A stretch of 64,000 bases of DNA from Guillardia theta CCMP2712 (Eukaryota; Protista; Cryptophyta). The position numbers and the translations under genes are program-made. How positions within the stretch are numbered: the stretch's first letter is position 1; every line of letters starts with the position of its first letter. The stretch is from the NCBI RefSeq assembly GCF_000315625.1, contig NW_005434669.1:775138-839137 (forward strand). The letters are read 5' to 3'. Below the pieces are notes generated by a model. It searched no databases. It was not told where the DNA came from and was given only the letters and a program-made list of their open reading frames with translations. Of this stretch, positions 47,365 to 58,893 are shown in pieces.

Positions 47365-49200
47365 AAGGAGCAATGCTTGAGCGGATTGAGGGCATGAATG
47401 AGCGGAGGGAATTGTCTTCCAGCCCTCCCCAACTCACCTCGTACTGCCCTGGGCCGGGCCCGGTCGTGTTGTTGGACCTGCAAGGAGTAAGAGAAGTGAG
47501 AGGAGGGGGAATAATTACCTTCTGCCCTTCACGTAGTCGGGGGACACGATGGGCTGGCAGAAAGCGCGGGAGGCGCCAAAATTGAAGTCCTTCCGTGAAT
47601 GGACGGCCTGTTGTCGTTTAATCAACGATAGGACGGACGAAGAGAGAGAAAGAAGAAGAGGACGGAGGGAGAGATGAGCGGTCTTCAGTGTGTTCATGGA
47701 GGGGAGAAGAGGAAGAGGAGGTGGCAAGGATCCAGAACTGGGAAGCGCATGAGGAGCAGGAGGGAGTGATGCGGAGGCTCGGAAGGAGGAGAGGACAAAA
47801 AAGAATCATCTGCGTCCTCGTTTCTCACCAGAAACCCTCGAACGGGGTCATAAGACCCTGGACATGGCGCCGTGGCGCGGCGAGGACGCGAGAATCGTTG
47901 CGACTTGCTCACCATGCCTGTCACAAGCTGAATATCACCCTCGCGTCTACCTTCCCCTTCCATCATTTCACCCTGCACCATCCTTCCTCCCCCCACCCTC
48001 CTCCTCCTCTCCCAAGCATGATTATCGTCGTAATCATCATTCCCTCACCTGTGTAGCCCTTCACCGACTGAGAGGGATTCGTCTGATTGGTCTGCAGAGA
48101 CGCGCAATGGTGTCATCAAAACCCTTCGGAGATCATTCCTCCAGATGAACCGAACCTGCACCCCCAACTTCTACTCCCCTCGTCGTCCTCCTCCCTCTCA
48201 TTGTATCTATCCTCTCCCCCCCTCCTCNNNNNNNNNNNNNNNNNNNNNNNNNNNNNNNNNNNNNNNNNNNNNNNNNNNNNNNNNNNNNNNNNNNNNNNNN
48301 NNNNNNNNNNNNNNNNNNNNNNNNNNNTCTACTTCTTCTTTGTCTTCATGCAGTTGCTGTATTACTTGCTCCCTCGTCCTCTCCCATGTCTGCTTCGTCT
48401 GTGTTGCTGCTGCACCACCTGTTTGCTTATCCCTTGGTTAAATGCACTGAACACTACTTTATCCAGCTGATCATAAACTCTATAGTGTGACGTTTCGTTC
48501 TTCTTCTTCCCTCTCCTCTCTCTTCCCAGCCTGTGGTTCTTGCATCTTGCTCGTCACGCCACATTCGCCCCTACGCAACACAATGACTCTTAACCTTCCC
48601 GCGCCCCTCCCCCCGCTCCTCTCTCCTCGCCCTCTTATCCCGGCCCCCGCTATGTGGGAGGTGAGTGAATCGCTACTAAACACGACAGAGATTCTCTAGC
48701 TCCTGCGCGTTGTCACCTTTGGTTTGTAGTACTGCCCTGGTCCTGGCAGCTCGTTCTCCGAGTAGGAGAAGCGATGGGTCCTGGTCCAGAAAGCATCTTT
48801 CTCCTTCCCGCCGTCATGCAGGATCTGCGAGGGGACAGGGTCATGGCAGGATGTTCAATCGCTCCTCCTTACTGTTTCAAACTTGGACGGGATGGAGGCA
48901 ACCGATCTCTGCCTTGCTAACGAAGGGTCCATGAAAGCTGCTCGATGTCGCGTCTAGGTGTGCAAGAGCAGAGGCTGGGTCTGGACTCTTATCCAACGAG
49001 TGCGAGGAAACGACTAGCCATGCTGGGAGAAAGCTTCCGCTGCCGCCTGCTGTGTCAACTATAGAGCCCGCAGTATCTACTCGCTAACACCCAAACTTGA
49101 CGTTGGACCATAGACCCGTCAGCTCTTCCTGCAAGCGACAGTCAAGCAGTCCTCTGCTCTCAGCGCTGTGATGCTTGGTTGAAGCTGCATCGATCCCCGA
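44475..49200 (-). CDS. SHIPPO/sperm-tail PG-rich repeat (ODF3-like) flagellar protein, many small exons; 5' end uncertain
   Basis: Repeated PGPGQYY, PCPGSYDP, PGPGQYE, PGPGYYNP, PGPGAYE and PGPAYYNP units in separate exons. Confidence 0.75.
46014..46119. repeat. Intronic (GAG/GAA)n microsatellite
   Basis: Read directly from the sequence. Confidence 0.9.
47178..47364. repeat. Intronic (GAG)n followed by (GAGGAC)n microsatellite
   Basis: Read directly from the sequence. Confidence 0.9.
48228..48327. other. Assembly gap (100 N)
   Basis: Run of N inside a pyrimidine-rich intron. Confidence 1.
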
Positions 49201-50036
49201 TCATCTCCTCCTCCTCATCTCGCTCGCTCGCTCCGCCGGCTGGCCTGCTCCCTCCTGCGACTGCATCGCCCTAACCGTTTAAAGGTACTCTGAGGCGGAC
49301 CAAGATTCTTCGGCCAAATTTAAAACAATAATAAATTTGCGGCATTTCCCTATGGCTCATTTCTATGTACCGCACAAACAAATATAAATATATATTAAAT
49401 GGTAATCTTTGAGTACTGATTGTCATATATAGCTGAATCTATTAGCTATATGTGTGAATTTTCTATATACAGTCAAAATACTCTGTACTATATAATAACT
49501 ATTTTTAGAAAGAATCCTGGAGAGCCTTTTTCGCCTCCTCCTGTAGCTCGACGATTGTGGGGGCGGAGCAAACCTGAACCACCGTCTCTTCCTCCCCCTC
49601 CTCCCGCTTCCTGTCTCCCTCCCTGCCTCCTCCTCCTGCTCCTTATCCTGCTACCGCCTCCTCCTCCTGATCCTGTTCCTGTCTCCTCCATTCCTCCTAC
49701 TCCTGCCTCCTCCTGCCCCCCCCCTCCACTGCCCTTACCCCTCCTCCTCCTCCTGCTTCTCCATTTTCTTCTCCTCCTGCTCCTTCTCCTTCACCACTGG
49801 CTCAGTGGTTTACAGCCTTCCTTTCCTTCTCCTCACAGAGGCTCTTCTCCTCATCCTTGGGGAACCGCATGCTATCTACACTCTCACTTTAAGCCTGCTC
49901 CTTTCACCCTAGTTTCTACAAACTGCACTCTGGATACGTGTTCAGACTGAAAGAGGGGCATTCTCCCAAGTTCTTTTCTTCTTCTTACCTCAGAAGCTCA
50001 TCTGTATCGAGTCGCTAACCTCCTTTGCTCTTGCGA

Positions 50037-50522
50037 ATGAGCACCCGCTTTCTACACGCCATGGCAAACCACCCAGTAGGAATGGAGGAGGAGTCGACCT
50101 TGCTCTCGAGCATCCGGCACCGCAGAGGCTGGAATCTCGAGCCCATCTCAGTGCATGACGAGGAAGGGCTGGAAGAGCGAGCATGCGATATGGAGCTGGA
50201 GGACGAGTGCAGTCATCGCGCAGTCGAGTGGGAGGATGGCATGCACAACAGCTCGGGGTACGAGTTCACTCCTAGCACCATCAACTCCGCAAGGGCCCCC
50301 GACCCCCAAGAGGCATGTATCAACGAGGAGGAAGAGGACGCATTTTGCTGCGAGCGCCTCGTAAAGAGGAGGAGGACGGAGTGCTCAGTGCAGATGGGAG
50401 ATGAGGGGGTCGTTGATGAGACCTGGGCTGCCATGCGAAATGCATGGCGCTTGCAGGGGATTTCTGCTTGCTCGCAGTTGAATTCGGCAGGTGATAAACA
50501 GCAGTTCAGCGCGCCATCTTAA
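50037..50522 (+). CDS. Hypothetical acidic protein (intronless)
   Basis: ATG ORF of about 161 aa with coding-like codon usage and a KRRR NLS-like motif. Confidence 0.55.
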   Translation: MSTRFLHAMANHPVGMEEESTLLSSIRHRRGWNLEPISVHDEEGLEERACDMELEDECSHRAVEWEDGMHNSSGYEFTPSTINSARAPDPQEACINEEEEDAFCCERLVKRRRTECSVQMGDEGVVDETWAAMRNAWRLQGISACSQLNSAGDKQQFSAPS

Positions 50523-51004
50523 CACTTGAAGTGTACATTTGTATTGGTTTGTAAATCGTGTTGTGAGAATCTTCTTGTACCTCTCTTCTCGTCGTCGTCG
50601 GCATCATGATCATCATGGCTGTCGTCTTTATCATTGTCACCAACAGCAGCAACAGCGTCTCCTGCTACTGCTACGATCGTCTTCGCTTACACGTCATCAT
50701 CATGGATTGCCAAACAACTGAACTCGGGCATTAGCCATTCCGACACAACCTCTCCTCTGCCACTTTTTCTCCAGCTGCTGTCTCCTGCTACTGTTCAACA
50801 TCCAATGAAAATTCACGATCGTACACAGCCAGCTAGACGGCGCTTTTTCGTGTAAGAGAACATTTATTGCATTAGCCTCCTGGCTCCCTCCCTTCCAAAG
50901 ATCGTCTTGGCCTTGTCTCAGTCTCCACATCCTTTCACCTTCCATCGTCGCCGTCTTCCTCTCCTTCAGTTTGCCTCCTGCCGACGCACTCGTGACTGCC
51001 ATGT

Positions 51005-54000
51005 CTACACGCGCCACATGACACTGACCTCCATCTTCACTTCCGCCTTCACGTTGACCGGTTTCTGCGCATTCCTGGCCGCTGTGAGATCCGATCGCTC
51101 GTAGATCTGTGAAGGTTTGTCATGCTGACGTGTATCAGTCTCCTGCAGCTCACCTGGATGTACGCTTCCGAGATGGAGACAACCTGAGAGGTCGATCAGG
51201 GCAGATCGGCCATGGGGGAGCAAAGAAGCGTGGGGGGAGTCGAGGAGGGAAGAGAGAGGGAAAGGAGAGGAGACGCGTTTGCTCCTGACCTGCGGGAGAA
51301 TCTCTTGGATGTGTAGGTCATCCATGAGAAACCACTGATCTTGGGCCTTGTTGAGACACTGAGGCGCAGAATGTGTCAGAGAGGATGAAGGGTTTGCAGG
51401 AGGAGCGTGAAAATGGTTGGATTTAAGTTGCGAGATCATGGGGGATGCAGAGACAGGGGACAAGATGGAGGTAGTAAGGAAATAGTTACCTGGGTCCTGA
51501 AAACTCCTTCTTTCATAGCGATACCTTTGTCGTGAACCTGCCGCAGCGTCAGCATGCCTTCTTTGTGCCTTACTGCTGCCTGGAGCCCTCCGAGACTTTT
51601 CTCACCTCGTTTGTCCCAGTTGCCTTAGTCACAAGCCCCTCATGGCAGATGTTGGCGACCTGCAAGCGAGGGAATGACTTTTGACAGGGATTTGAACGGA
51701 ACTCGATGGAAGAAGGCAAGAGCGGGAGCGGGAGCGGGAGCGGGAGCGGGAGCGGGAGCGGGAGCGGGAGCGGGAGCGGGAGCGGGAGCGGGAGCGGGAG
51801 CGGGAGCGGGAGCGGGAGCGGGAGCGGGAGCGGGAGCGGGAGCGGGAGCGGGAGCGGGAGCGGGAGCGGGAGCGGGAGCGGGAGGATACCAAGTCGTATC
51901 TTGTAACTACATTTTGGCCCTCGGGAATATCAATGAATTCTGAGATGGTGTGAGGAGACGAGGAAGGGAAAGAAAAGCACGCCAGCAGTTCACCTCGCAG
52001 ATCAAGATTCTTGATGGGGAAGGAAACAATGGTGGGGTTCTTCTCCATCTTTCACAGGGATCGAGTTACTTGCGGCGGAACAGGCAGAGAGAAGAGGAAA
52101 ACAAGACTGGCTGAGAGGGACATCAACCAAGATTCTTGGTTCCTCACCTCGAACTGAGTGTTCATGTTGAATCTCTTGATGTTCAGGATGAGATAGCGGG
52201 GAAGCTCCAACAATCGGAAACGCTTCAAGACTCCTCGAACGTTCTGGCCAAGAGGTCAGACAAGCACTGACCCCACAGCTCTCAGCCTCATCACCTGCTC
52301 GTAGACGCCGTCGAACTTGTGGAGGATCGTCAGCAAGGGGACCTGCGAGTCAGCACGTCACGGCCATGGAAGGAGCAGCGAGGGCTGGAGGAGCAGCAAA
52401 CCTGCGGGATGATGTTCTTGTCCCTCTCATCAGCGTACAAGGGGGTAGGGGGGAGGTCGAGAGTCAGCTGCAGGAAAGGAGCTAGTGGGCACATTTTTGT
52501 CATGCGGAAGGGAGGGAGGAGAGTTTAGAGCATCACTTGTCTGAACGTCCCATGGCTCGTCGTCGTCCATGTCATCCTGCACTCAGAGATCAGCTTAGCG
52601 CGGGAGGCCTGTAGATCGGCACATCACCATGACCATCCTCTCGTTCTCATCTGCCTTCTTGATCTTGGCCTTCTTCGACTCCACTCGGACCTTGGGGGAA
52701 ACGGGCGGGGAATGAGAATACGGCTCCTCGCCTCTACCTCTTGAAACCTCACCAGTCCTTGGAACACTTTGTGAATAACTGAACTGTTCCTCTTGTTCGA
52801 TCCTCCCAGCCCCCGGTGCAAGCTGTCATCAATCAAAGTGACTCTCCAAGAATTCTGATAACATTTCCTCCTGGGCAACCTGTTGAGAAACCAGTTCAAG
52901 AACTCCGCAGGGTCAGAGTGGACATCGCTGGAGCCAATCGTTATCATCCCCCTCCCTCCTGTACTCTCAGACCTTCGGTACTTCCTGTTGCTCTCCACAG
53001 AAATCGCCTGGAACAGCTCGTGCGGGGATACCTGTATCACGAGCTCAGATCGGTCATGACAACCCGAGCTGTCAGTCACAGACCTGTCCCTTGAAGGCAG
53101 AAGGGTTCCACATCTTTCTAAGCAGCTCGCCGAACCTCTGAACAAGCGGGCTCTTGAAGTGCTTGTAGTTCTACCACATGCTCAGTCCCACCCAGTGAGT
53201 TCCTATGAGGGCGCACCTCGGGCAGGAGAAAGAAGTTTCGCAGCTCAGTCACGCAGCTGAGAGCTTGGATGATGACGTTCAAGTAAGCCTAACAGGAGTG
53301 TAACACACCATGACGGTTACAGGTGTCAGATTCATCAACCGTGTTCTTGAGATTGTTCAACCCAACAGTCCCCGGGATGAACTCCGTACCATCTGCGAGA
53401 GAAGTTAACACGACGCACTCCTCTCCCCCGGCCAGCGAGTCTCAAAATACTCGAAAGTGAAAGTCAAGAGGAGAAAGGCTAAGAGTCTTTCTCTCGACCA
53501 TGAAAGCTGATTCATCTCATGCAAGCAAACTTACCGATTCCTCTCGAGTACTTGACGTCAATGTCCAGACTCTTCACCTGCACGAGAGGTGTCAGCGGAC
53601 AAGAAGGTTCAGCTACAAGAGGAAGGAACACACATGTTCAGATGTGTATGTCGGGTTCAAGTTGTGCTTGATGTCCGCCAGGGACGAGTCCAGCACTTCG
53701 TAGTTGTCCGGAATGCAATACACTCTTCCTGATTCCAGCTTCATGAAAACATGGTGATTGTGCTCTAGCGAGTGGAAGTAGACTGGAGACCCTCGGGCTC
53801 GTCCTTGGAAGTACTTCCCGCACACAAGGCACACGTAGACGTTCAAGTGGGAGTTGGAGATAGAGCAAACTTTCTCAAAGTCGAAGTCAAGAATGTGACG
53901 GTTGATGCTGTCGAGATACGGACAGAAACGTTGGGGCGGTTGTGGTCGCCTTGGGGCGATCCCGATAGCCTCCTTGTTGTCATCATCGCCAAGAACCTCA

Positions 54001-54289
54001 TCCAAACGATTCTCATCGAAATCATCCACATCGTAGTCATCCCCGGCCCTGGATAGAGAGCCAAGAACGGATAATCAAACATAGAAGCATGCAGCAAGGC
54101 AGTGCGGGTGGCAAGAAGGCAAGGCAGGCAGGCAGGCAAAAGGGAGGAAGATCAAGAAAGGGGGCGGCACCTTTCCAACTTCACCTTGACCTTCTCCTCA
54201 TCGCCATCTCGGTCGTCAGGCTCTTCTCGCTTGATCCCCACTGATGCAATGATCTCCTCCTTGCTCTTGTCTCCATCAACCCCCGGCAT
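51005..54289 (-). CDS. USP39: U4/U6.U5 tri-snRNP protein Sad1/USP39 (zf-UBP plus inactive USP domain), multi-exon
   Basis: CPYLDSINRHILDFDFEKVCSISNSHLNVYVCLVCGKYFQGR...VYCIPDNYEV, PGTVGLNNLKNT, VSPHELFQAI, EKNPTIVSFPIKNLDL and DDLHIQEILPQ. Confidence 0.93.
51721..51883. repeat. Perfect (AGCGGG)27 microsatellite in a USP39 intron
   Basis: Read directly from the sequence. Confidence 0.95.
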
Positions 54290-54869
54290 CTTCCACTGTG
54301 TCAAAACATGAAAATTCCCTGGACTATCTCAGGTATGTAGCAACTACTCTTGTGATTTTCATTCAACCTCAGCATACATCTACCTGACTGCCGTGCTTCC
54401 ACTTCAACAACAACCCATCAAGCAAGGTCTGTAAATGATCGCCTTCTATTTTGCTCTATATGTACATGCTGAGGCTCAGGTTTCATGGACCCCTGCCTTT
54501 GCGATGAGCTCTTCTATGATAGACTTAGCACACTTTATGTTTCGGTAGGGCTCTCAACATTTCTTCTTATTGGTATGCACCAGTTTTCATGCCAGTGCAA
54601 TGTCATCTGACTTCTCTTGACCTCGGCACACTACAATCATAATTTTCATCCATTTCTCGTTCGTCTTTTGCTTCTTGCCCGCCATTTGTTCGTGTTTAGG
54701 GCCTTCCGTTCCAGTCCCCATTACTGCCCCTTCTTTATCCTGCAACGTTCCCCTCCCTTCCTGGCGCGTTCTTATCTCCTACCTCTCACACCCCTCTCTC
54801 CCTCCTCTATCCCCTCCTAGCATTCCCATTGCGCGGCTGCAGATCATTCCTTTCATTAGCCTCGTCCCC

Positions 54870-55790
54870 GCTCACACGCGGCGCCGGACCGTAGGCCGCC
54901 TGGTACGGTACTGTAGGCCGCAGGCCCGTTGGCCGGCCGGCACTGCCGGGCCCTCCGAGGCCGACAGGCAGGGCAGTGAGCGGCCCTTGAAGCCTTGGCT
55001 TGAAGGCCGGCGGCCAGCCTGAGGCCCGGACGCCACTGCCGATAATCTCACAGTGACCATACAGTGCCCGCCCCCCGCGGCCGCGGCGGGGGCCCGCCCG
55101 GCGGGCCGCCCGGCCGACCCGGTGACAGTGTACTACCGTAGTGACGGCTCAGTCGCCGCCGAGGCTCCGGCCGCCGACCGTCCCGCCGCGGCGGCCGGAC
55201 TCCGGGACCCGGTCGCTCCAGCCGACCGTCCCGGAGTCCGAGTCCCGTACGGTCCCATTGACGGCCGGGCCCGGACCGTGTACGGTCACAGGCTCACGGT
55301 CCGGCGTGCCCGCCGGGCCGGGCCCGGCCGCCGCCCGGCGGCCGGCCGGCGGGGGCCGAGTGTAACTTGCTAGTCACTTGAAAACCGTCTGGCAACTAGT
55401 TGAAGACGACCGTCCCGCACGGGTGACCCGTGCGGCCGGGCATCGCACGGTACCGGTCACCCGTGCGAGGACTCGGGTCGGCTGAGTCACTGAGTGCACA
55501 TCCGCGTCCGATCGCCGGGAGTCGGGGGCCGCCCGGCCGCCGCGTGATGGAGTCGGCACGGAGGACTAGTGCTCGGTATAATCCGAATCGAGTCCCCGTC
55601 TCATTGATATGGCACGGTTGTTTGTCACGTTCAAGTTTTTTTTAATCGGATACGTGCCGCATGGGCAAGGGCTGGTACGGTACGGTGCCGTGAGATGCCA
55701 CAACTGATGACAGTCACTAGTAGTGATTGCTGACCAGACACTGTGTGGCGCTGACTGCCTGCTGGTGACCCGAGTCGTCGTTGCCGCCCG
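54870..55790. repeat. GC-rich palindrome island 6 (no intact 42-bp motif seen)
   Basis: Same palindromic vocabulary (CCGTACGG, CGGTACCG, GAGTCACTGAG, ACTAGT). Confidence 0.75.
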
Positions 55791-56451
55791 GGCAAGCCTT
55801 CAGTTGTTACTTTTCGGATGTTACCGAGGGGCGACCCTTTTTGACCTTTTCGTAATACTTCCGAGCTTCAATCGGAGGTCACGTTACCACCACCGTGATA
55901 ACGGGCCGCCCGGCCCCGTAGGGTTCAGCGAAGGGTGGGGTGGTTTTACTTCATCAAGGGTCGACGGGTGCAGGTGGTGGTACGCGTGCCAGGGGCAAGG
56001 GGGTTGTAAAAGGAAGAAGTCGGGGATACAATCATTCGTGCGGGTGAAAAAAAAACGATCACGTAGCAACCTCTGACAGTCAATGACTTTAGATCTCTAG
56101 ATGCAACGGTTCACACTTGCACGTCGGATCTGACTTTGCTCCTGTATGGCGGACCAACCCGCCTCAGTAACCTGACTGAAATTACTGACACTGTTACTGA
56201 CAGGTGAAAATACACAAGTGACAGCTGCATGACGCGATGGCATGATGAAAAAGCAGATGATGGATTCAAGAGGATGAAGTCCTGGCAACGGATCTTCCGC
56301 GTGGAGAAGTGGGGAAAACACCATAGTCTCCTGGAGAACAATAAATTGTGACTTTGCTCTGCTTTCAAACTGTTTTGCTTTGTCACTTTGCTTTGCTTCA
56401 CAGAGTCATGCAAAATAGTTTCGAATTAAGGTTTAAGACAAATTCATTAAA

Positions 56452-57087
56452 TCAATTCCAAATAAAAGGTGCTTCATCTACCTGAGTCAGACCAAATGGT
56501 AAGAACTGGTCTTCCTCTTCCAAATAATAATCTTGAAGGGATGATTCGAATGAGTCCCCGTTGATTACTAGATGTGGTTCGTCGACATTGGCCTGTTCAT
56601 CGTCTTCCGCAAACGGCTGTCTGGTGTTGTCATACCACAGATCACACGACGACTGATTGACAACCTCGCATATATCATCGAAAGTGATATCAACTGAGAG
56701 ATCAGTTGAGCCGCTTTGATGATCATCAGGGGAGCCACACGATAAACTCTCAACGTCCGTTGGCTCGGAAGAGGAGGAAACAGTAGAGGAGAGCCTGGGA
56801 GGCTGAATGGACTGCCTCTTTCTCTTGGGGCCTGGATTAGGTGTCTTGAAGGGCCATCTAGCAATGCCGAGCTTTCTGCATGCTCGTTTGATAGCTGTAG
56901 GACAGATGCCAAGTTCTTGAGACACCGCAACCAGAGGCCTGTCGAAGAAACTTTCCAAAAGTTCTCGAGTGAGCAACACGGGCTCGTCTTGAAGCGAGTC
57001 GTAGAGCTGAGTTTCTTGGGCACGCTTCTTTCGTGGACAGACCATGGCAACTGAGCGACGGTATGTTTTCAAGTTGGATGCTTGCAT
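56452..57087 (-). CDS. RWP-RK domain transcription factor (intronless)
   Basis: LTRELLESFFDRPLVAVSQELGICPTAIKRACRKLGIARWPF. TATA-like CTATATAG at about 57286-57293. Confidence 0.88.
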   Translation of the reverse strand: MQASNLKTYRRSVAMVCPRKKRAQETQLYDSLQDEPVLLTRELLESFFDRPLVAVSQELGICPTAIKRACRKLGIARWPFKTPNPGPKRKRQSIQPPRLSSTVSSSSEPTDVESLSCGSPDDHQSGSTDLSVDITFDDICEVVNQSSCDLWYDNTRQPFAEDDEQANVDEPHLVINGDSFESSLQDYYLEEEDQFLPFGLTQVDEAPFIWN

Positions 57088-57891
57088 CTTTCGGTGTGTT
57101 TCCTGGATAGTGGACGAGACGGATGGTGGTTGATAGATAAGAGAGAGAGAGAAAGAGAGAGCGGTAGGTGTATGAGAGCAAGTCGGAGATGGAATGAAGA
57201 GGAGGAAGTTCAAAGGAGAGGAAGAGCTGAAAGAGGAGAGTGGCAGGCGGGCAGGCGATTGTGGTGGACGGGGAGGATTGCAGGGCTATATAGACAGCGG
57301 GAGTTGCGCACGTCGTGCGGAGGAACACCTAGGAGGCCAATGTCGGTTTGGATATCGGTTTCCAGATTGCCGTGCTGACAGTTCGAACTTAAAAGTATTT
57401 TGAAAGAACTCTGGGGCCCCAAACTCCGAGCGCCGCTCGACTTGCATAAAAACAATTCATGAAAAAGAAGCGTTTCAAAATACTGATGGTCAGCATGATC
57501 GTCTTGAAACAACGTGTTCTGGCGCCTGGCAAAAACCCAGCGCTTCAAATAAACGTGCAGTTATGGATTGGTCATGAACGATCAGAAACCAGCCATGAGC
57601 TATGCGAAACCACGAGATTCCATATTCGAAATCACTTCTTTTGGATACGACCGACCCCTTCCCCCGGCCCAAATTTGTCACACCCCAACACGCTCCACCT
57701 CCCTCACTCCCCGTGCGCCATCCTTAGTACTGACATCCGTCCTCCGCCCCAAACCCCGCCCCTGGACTCTTCTCTTTATATTTGAACAGTTTGCATCAAT
57801 AGTCCACAAGCACTCCTGCTCCTCCAACACAACTGCTAAGGTCGACTCCTCCGAACCGCACAAGCTTTCTTCTTGCTCCTATCTTCTGAAC

Positions 57892-58377
57892 ATGAACACT
57901 CAAGGCCGTCGACGAGTCGCTATGGTATGCCCTAGAAAGCAAACGTCTGAAAATGATGAGCCTGTTATGCTCACTCGAGAGCTCCTACAATCTTATTTCG
58001 ATCGTTCCCTTTCTCAAGTTTCTGCTGAGATTGGAATTTGCCCCACTGCCATTAAGCGAGCTTGCCGGAAGCTTGGAATTGCAAAATGGCCTTACAAAAC
58101 CCCGAATCCTGGTCCTAAGAAGAGAAAGACGAGTGATGCATCCGATCATCAAGCAGAATGTCCATCAACCTGGGATCAGTGCATATGCACACAGCAAAGC
58201 ATGCAGGCATTTCCCAGCCTCCCGCTAGCAAAGGACCCTTTCGAAGAAGAGCGAAATCTATGCTTCGAACAGATCAGAACAACAACTTCATGTTACTATG
58301 AAGACCTGGACCTGGAGCAGTGCTTGCTGATGGAAACAGACATTGCTTTTCACTGGAATGATACAGAATTTTTTTGA
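57892..58377 (+). CDS. RWP-RK domain transcription factor (intronless), divergent paralog of 56452-57087
   Basis: LTRELLQSYFDRSLSQVSAEIGICPTAIKRACRKLGIAKWPY. Shares VAMVCPRK and KTPNPGPK with its neighbour. Confidence 0.88.
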   Translation: MNTQGRRRVAMVCPRKQTSENDEPVMLTRELLQSYFDRSLSQVSAEIGICPTAIKRACRKLGIAKWPYKTPNPGPKKRKTSDASDHQAECPSTWDQCICTQQSMQAFPSLPLAKDPFEEERNLCFEQIRTTTSCYYEDLDLEQCLLMETDIAFHWNDTEFF

Positions 58378-58893
58378 ATTTGTTTAAGATTATGTGAAAT
58401 AAATCATATGAATTGTTATCGAGTTCACCGTAAAAAGGCCTCTCAAATACACGAGAGCGCATTCCTTGTAGGTTCTGCTCTAGAGTGGCAATAGGCAGAA
58501 GTGCGTCACGTTGTAGATTGAATCTGACAGGGACACAGCGGCTGAGGCACGGTGAGTCCGCCGCAAATCAGTGATCTAGCTTTCCGAGGCCCATCTCAGT
58601 CATCATGGCATCGGACATCTCAGCGGCGTCGTGTCCTTTGTGGCCTTCGTGTCCTTCGTGGCCATCATTCCAAGTTCTGGTGCTGGATGGTTCCGGTACG
58701 CGTCTCCCCGGCTCAGTCACCGTCGGCCGCCCGGCAGGCCCGGCGGCTGAGTGGGCGGGCCGCCCGGCTGAGTCGCCGACTTGCGGCCCGCCCGCGCCTC
58801 GGAGTGGGCCGGGTGCCAGTGCCCGGCCCAGTGCCAGTGCTTCAGTCCGATCAGGCGGCCCGGGGCCCCGGGGCCGCCGGGGTGACCGTCACG

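Noticed and set aside
44647-47585. Poly-Glu/Arg/Ser/Leu ORFs (also 33670-36204 and 51629-52048)
   Set aside because: They are translations of intronic microsatellites.
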